From: Nitrososphaeraceae archaeon
GTDB taxonomy: Archaea; Thermoproteota; Nitrososphaeria; Nitrososphaerales; Nitrososphaeraceae
DNA length: 64,000 nt
Assembly: GCA_035297365.1 (NCBI GenBank)
Contig: DATGZA010000091.1
Coordinates: forward strand, 1-64,000
Direction: 5' to 3'
The notes beneath the pieces were generated by a model. It was given only the letters and a program-made list of their open reading frames with translations, did not search any database and had not been told where the DNA came from. Below, one piece after another: positions 61,023 to 64,000 of this stretch. The translations under genes were made by a program, and so were the position numbers. Numbering within the stretch: position 1 is the stretch's first letter; every line of letters starts with the position of its first letter.

Positions 61023-62159
61023 ATGACATTCCGATATTTTGACGCATTATCTGAAAATAGTGATCTCAGAATTATATTTCACATTGATTTTGATTATTTT
61101 TTTGCTCAATGTGAGGAAATCAGAAATCCAGCCATTAAAAATTTTCCAATAATAGTGTGCGTGTATTCTGGAAGAACAAGTGATAGCGGAGTAGTTAGCA
61201 CGTCTAATTATGTAGCAAGAAAATATGGTGTAAAGTCTGGAATCTCAATTAGGGAAGCCAAGTTAAAATTAAGTTCTGTGGATAATCCGGTTTTTCTTTC
61301 AATCGATCAAAAATATTATTCTGAACTTTCTAACAAAGCCATGGACATTATTAAATCCGTAGTTGATAAATGCGAAGTCGTTGGCGTTGATGAATGTTAC
61401 GTAGAACTTACTGAATTTTTAAATGGAGATTTTGATAAGGCTGTAGAAATTGCTCAAATGTTAAAGACAAAACTATATAAAAAAATTAATATCTCTTGTT
61501 CAATAGGCATATCTTATAATAAACTCTTAGCAAAAATAGGTTCAAAATATAAAAAGCCAAGTGGTTTATTTCTTATCGAACCAAAAAAATCTATAAATTT
61601 GATTTCAGATCTTGACATTAGTTTGATTCCTGGAATAGGGCCAAAAAATAAAAAAAAACTTTATCAAATGGGGATAAAGACTTTCAAAGATATTTCTGTT
61701 GCTAACATGGACTTGCTTAAAAAAGAATTTGGATCAGCTTGTTCTAATTATTTATGTAATTCCGCACGTGGCATAAATTACGATCCCGTTAAAAGCGATA
61801 ATGACATAAAACAAATTGTTAGAATAAAAACTTTAAAAGAAAATTCTCATGATATCGAATATTTTAAATTTGAACTACAGCAGTTATGTAACTCGATTTT
61901 AGAAAAATTAATTCAAAGAAATTTATTTTTTAAAACGTTGGCTTTAATTTTTATAAGTGAGACACTTGAAATTAAAACAAAATCTAGAACATTAAGGATT
62001 CCTAGCCAAGATCCCCATGAGTTATTTATTAATGCTGATATTATTTTAAATGATTTTATTTCAGTTAATCAAGATATTCACATAAGGAGATTGGGTATTA
62101 AAGTGTTGGATCTTAAACATAATTCTGGACAGAGTACGCTTTTAAATTTTATAGAATGA
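61023..62159 (+). CDS. dinB: Y-family DNA polymerase IV (Dpo4/DinB)
   Basis: HIDFDYFFAQ, SNYVARKYGV, VDECY, SCSIG...KLLAK...KKPSG, IPGIG, little finger RRLGI. Confidence 0.95.
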   Translation: MTFRYFDALSENSDLRIIFHIDFDYFFAQCEEIRNPAIKNFPIIVCVYSGRTSDSGVVSTSNYVARKYGVKSGISIREAKLKLSSVDNPVFLSIDQKYYSELSNKAMDIIKSVVDKCEVVGVDECYVELTEFLNGDFDKAVEIAQMLKTKLYKKINISCSIGISYNKLLAKIGSKYKKPSGLFLIEPKKSINLISDLDISLIPGIGPKNKKKLYQMGIKTFKDISVANMDLLKKEFGSACSNYLCNSARGINYDPVKSDNDIKQIVRIKTLKENSHDIEYFKFELQQLCNSILEKLIQRNLFFKTLALIFISETLEIKTKSRTLRIPSQDPHELFINADIILNDFISVNQDIHIRRLGIKVLDLKHNSGQSTLLNFIE

Positions 62160-62196
62160 CCTTTCAGTATGCAAATCTTATATGCTTTTTTATCTT

Positions 62197-63906
62197 TTAT
62201 CTTTGGATAATTGCTTCGGTGAACCATTGAGGAAACATTTCTTTCGCATTTTTTAAAAGATAACTTATGTTACTATCTAAAATATATGTACTGGCATGAT
62301 CTTCTTTACTCCTAACGCTTCTTCCATACGCTTGTACTACTTTAATAACAGTATTCCAAAGGTACCAATTCATGTCTTTTTTTCTCATTGTTGATACTTT
62401 CCTGTCACTTAGATCTGGATATGGAACTTTAGTGATTATTTGGAATCTAGATAAATCGTCTTTAAGATCAAGTCCATAGTATAGGGAGGGGGAAATCAGG
62501 ACAGTGGGATTCGTATTTTTAAAGTGTTTTTGTAATATTTCAATTCTATCCATATTTGGTCCTGTTTCTATCAATCTCATCTTATTCTGTGTACTCAGGT
62601 TATTCTTGATATAGTTTAATTGAAAGTAGGATGTGGTATGAATAATTCCCTTATCTTTTTTGTGAACACTCATTATATTATCAATAGCTTTTGCGATAGG
62701 GGGAAGACTTGATGCTATTGTTTTGCTATTTAGCCAAGCTACATTCATTAGATGTATAGGTCTATTTTCTTTTGGGAAGTCAGATTCTTTTATTCTGATA
62801 AAGGCAATTTTATCTTCAGGAAGACCAGAAATTTTACACAAATAATCTTTGTTTAGAATAGTCGCGCTCATGAACAATCCATAAGAACTGTTTTCAAGAA
62901 TTTCTTTAAAATAGTTTGCAATATCCAAAGGCGTAATTGTTATTTTTCGTATAGAATTATCTACAGCTCTATCGATATTTGTTACCAACCAATTGGACTT
63001 GTTCCTTTTCATGTCATTTAGAACTTGGGAAATATTTTTTTCTCTGTTGATGGAATCTATTAGATTTTTCTCTGTATGAGGTTCTCTTAAATCATTTCTT
63101 TCTATAGCCATCTGGGTATCTTCTATAAAATCAAGAATATGATCTCTATAATCTTCACAAAAACCTATCCATGTTTCTATATCTTCTTCTTTTTTATGAG
63201 GCAATTTTAGAGTTGGAAAAATTTTTGAAATAAGATCCCCATTTATTGTGAAACTCTTGAAATCAGAAATTTCTGATTCTATATTATGGACCTCGTCAAA
63301 AACTATCAAATCTCTTTTCACGATATTGTTAGAGAAATATAGATCTGATAAGAAATATTTATAGTTGTAAATGGTATGGGATGATTTTATTGCTATCCAT
63401 TTCTGATGAAAATAATAACATGGTTCCCATTCAATTTTCTCAAATCGAAGTTGAGAATCATGTTTTCTCACATATTTCATCTTTTCCATTTGACCTATTC
63501 CTGCATTTTCAAATTTTGTTCCAAGACCACTTACCTTGTAATCCAGTAGTCTAGTCTTATAATTGCAGTCAAATTCTTCTTCTTTCTGACAAGGTCCATA
63601 TTCACAAGTTTCCTTTATTCCTTCATTTTGTTTTAATAGACACATAAAATTTCTCTTTCCCTTTGCTTCCTTTACAAAGTGAAAATCCTTAGAATATTGG
63701 TTTTGTAAGTCCTTTGTTGAAGTACAAATATGAGAACTTCCGAGGTATCTTGCTAATGCAATGGCAATAGGACTCTTTCCAAATCCTGTAGGCGCTTCCA
63801 AAAATATGTATTTGATTCCATTTTCTATCTCTTCTTCTATTCTTTGAATGACATTCTTTTGTCTTTCTCTTATAGTATTAAATGGGAAATAATTTATTAG
63901 ATTCAT
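62197..63906 (-). CDS. XPD/DinG-family SF2 helicase
   Basis: Q motif RERQ, EAPTGFGKS, Cys cluster, DEVH, MSAT, QAYGRSVRS. Confidence 0.9.
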   Translation of the reverse strand: MNLINYFPFNTIRERQKNVIQRIEEEIENGIKYIFLEAPTGFGKSPIAIALARYLGSSHICTSTKDLQNQYSKDFHFVKEAKGKRNFMCLLKQNEGIKETCEYGPCQKEEEFDCNYKTRLLDYKVSGLGTKFENAGIGQMEKMKYVRKHDSQLRFEKIEWEPCYYFHQKWIAIKSSHTIYNYKYFLSDLYFSNNIVKRDLIVFDEVHNIESEISDFKSFTINGDLISKIFPTLKLPHKKEEDIETWIGFCEDYRDHILDFIEDTQMAIERNDLREPHTEKNLIDSINREKNISQVLNDMKRNKSNWLVTNIDRAVDNSIRKITITPLDIANYFKEILENSSYGLFMSATILNKDYLCKISGLPEDKIAFIRIKESDFPKENRPIHLMNVAWLNSKTIASSLPPIAKAIDNIMSVHKKDKGIIHTTSYFQLNYIKNNLSTQNKMRLIETGPNMDRIEILQKHFKNTNPTVLISPSLYYGLDLKDDLSRFQIITKVPYPDLSDRKVSTMRKKDMNWYLWNTVIKVVQAYGRSVRSKEDHASTYILDSNISYLLKNAKEMFPQWFTEAIIQR

Positions 63907-64000
63907 TCTTTTTTTATTTCAGTCTTAAATACCTATTGGATTTCTAATATATCTAATTATGGATCTAGGGTTAACCAGTTCTTTTGATAATCAATAGCTA

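Noticed and set aside
1-64000. CRISPR array, rRNA, IS elements, inteins
   Set aside because: No regularly spaced repeats with unique spacers, no long GC-rich structural RNA, and no transposase or intein motifs were seen. The many antisense ORFs nested in large genes were treated as shadows.

Overview
Very AT-rich archaeal chromosome segment, most likely from an ammonia-oxidising archaeon of the Nitrososphaerales (Nitrosocosmicus-like). The evidence is 4-hydroxybutyryl-CoA dehydratase of the HP/HB cycle, aIF2-gamma, eS6, topo VI, AglB, an archaeal histone, Alba, SMC, Dpo4, bacterial-type UvrABC, cobalamin genes (cbiA, bluB) and an intron-containing tRNA-Cys. A housekeeping left arm (1-28 kb) and right arm (46-64 kb) flank an accessory block (about 28-46 kb) of secreted, metal-binding and small proteins. 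The best candidate for a new system is the pair 33960-38632. These two adjacent small-laccase-like (two-domain multicopper oxidase) genes have lost complementary halves of the copper-ligand set, so a complete T1 + trinuclear site could only form in a heteromer. The larger subunit also carries a second blue-copper domain, a His-rich beta-propeller and a polyQ tail. Other leads are a shortened, active-site-altered CysRS paralog coupled to a GNAT (MshC/MshD-like logic), an AglB-cyclophilin fusion, two divergent deoxyhypusine-synthase-family genes, and several microproteins missed by the ORF track. I found no CRISPR array, rRNA, transposase or integrase. All calls come from reading motifs by eye; no database searches were run.
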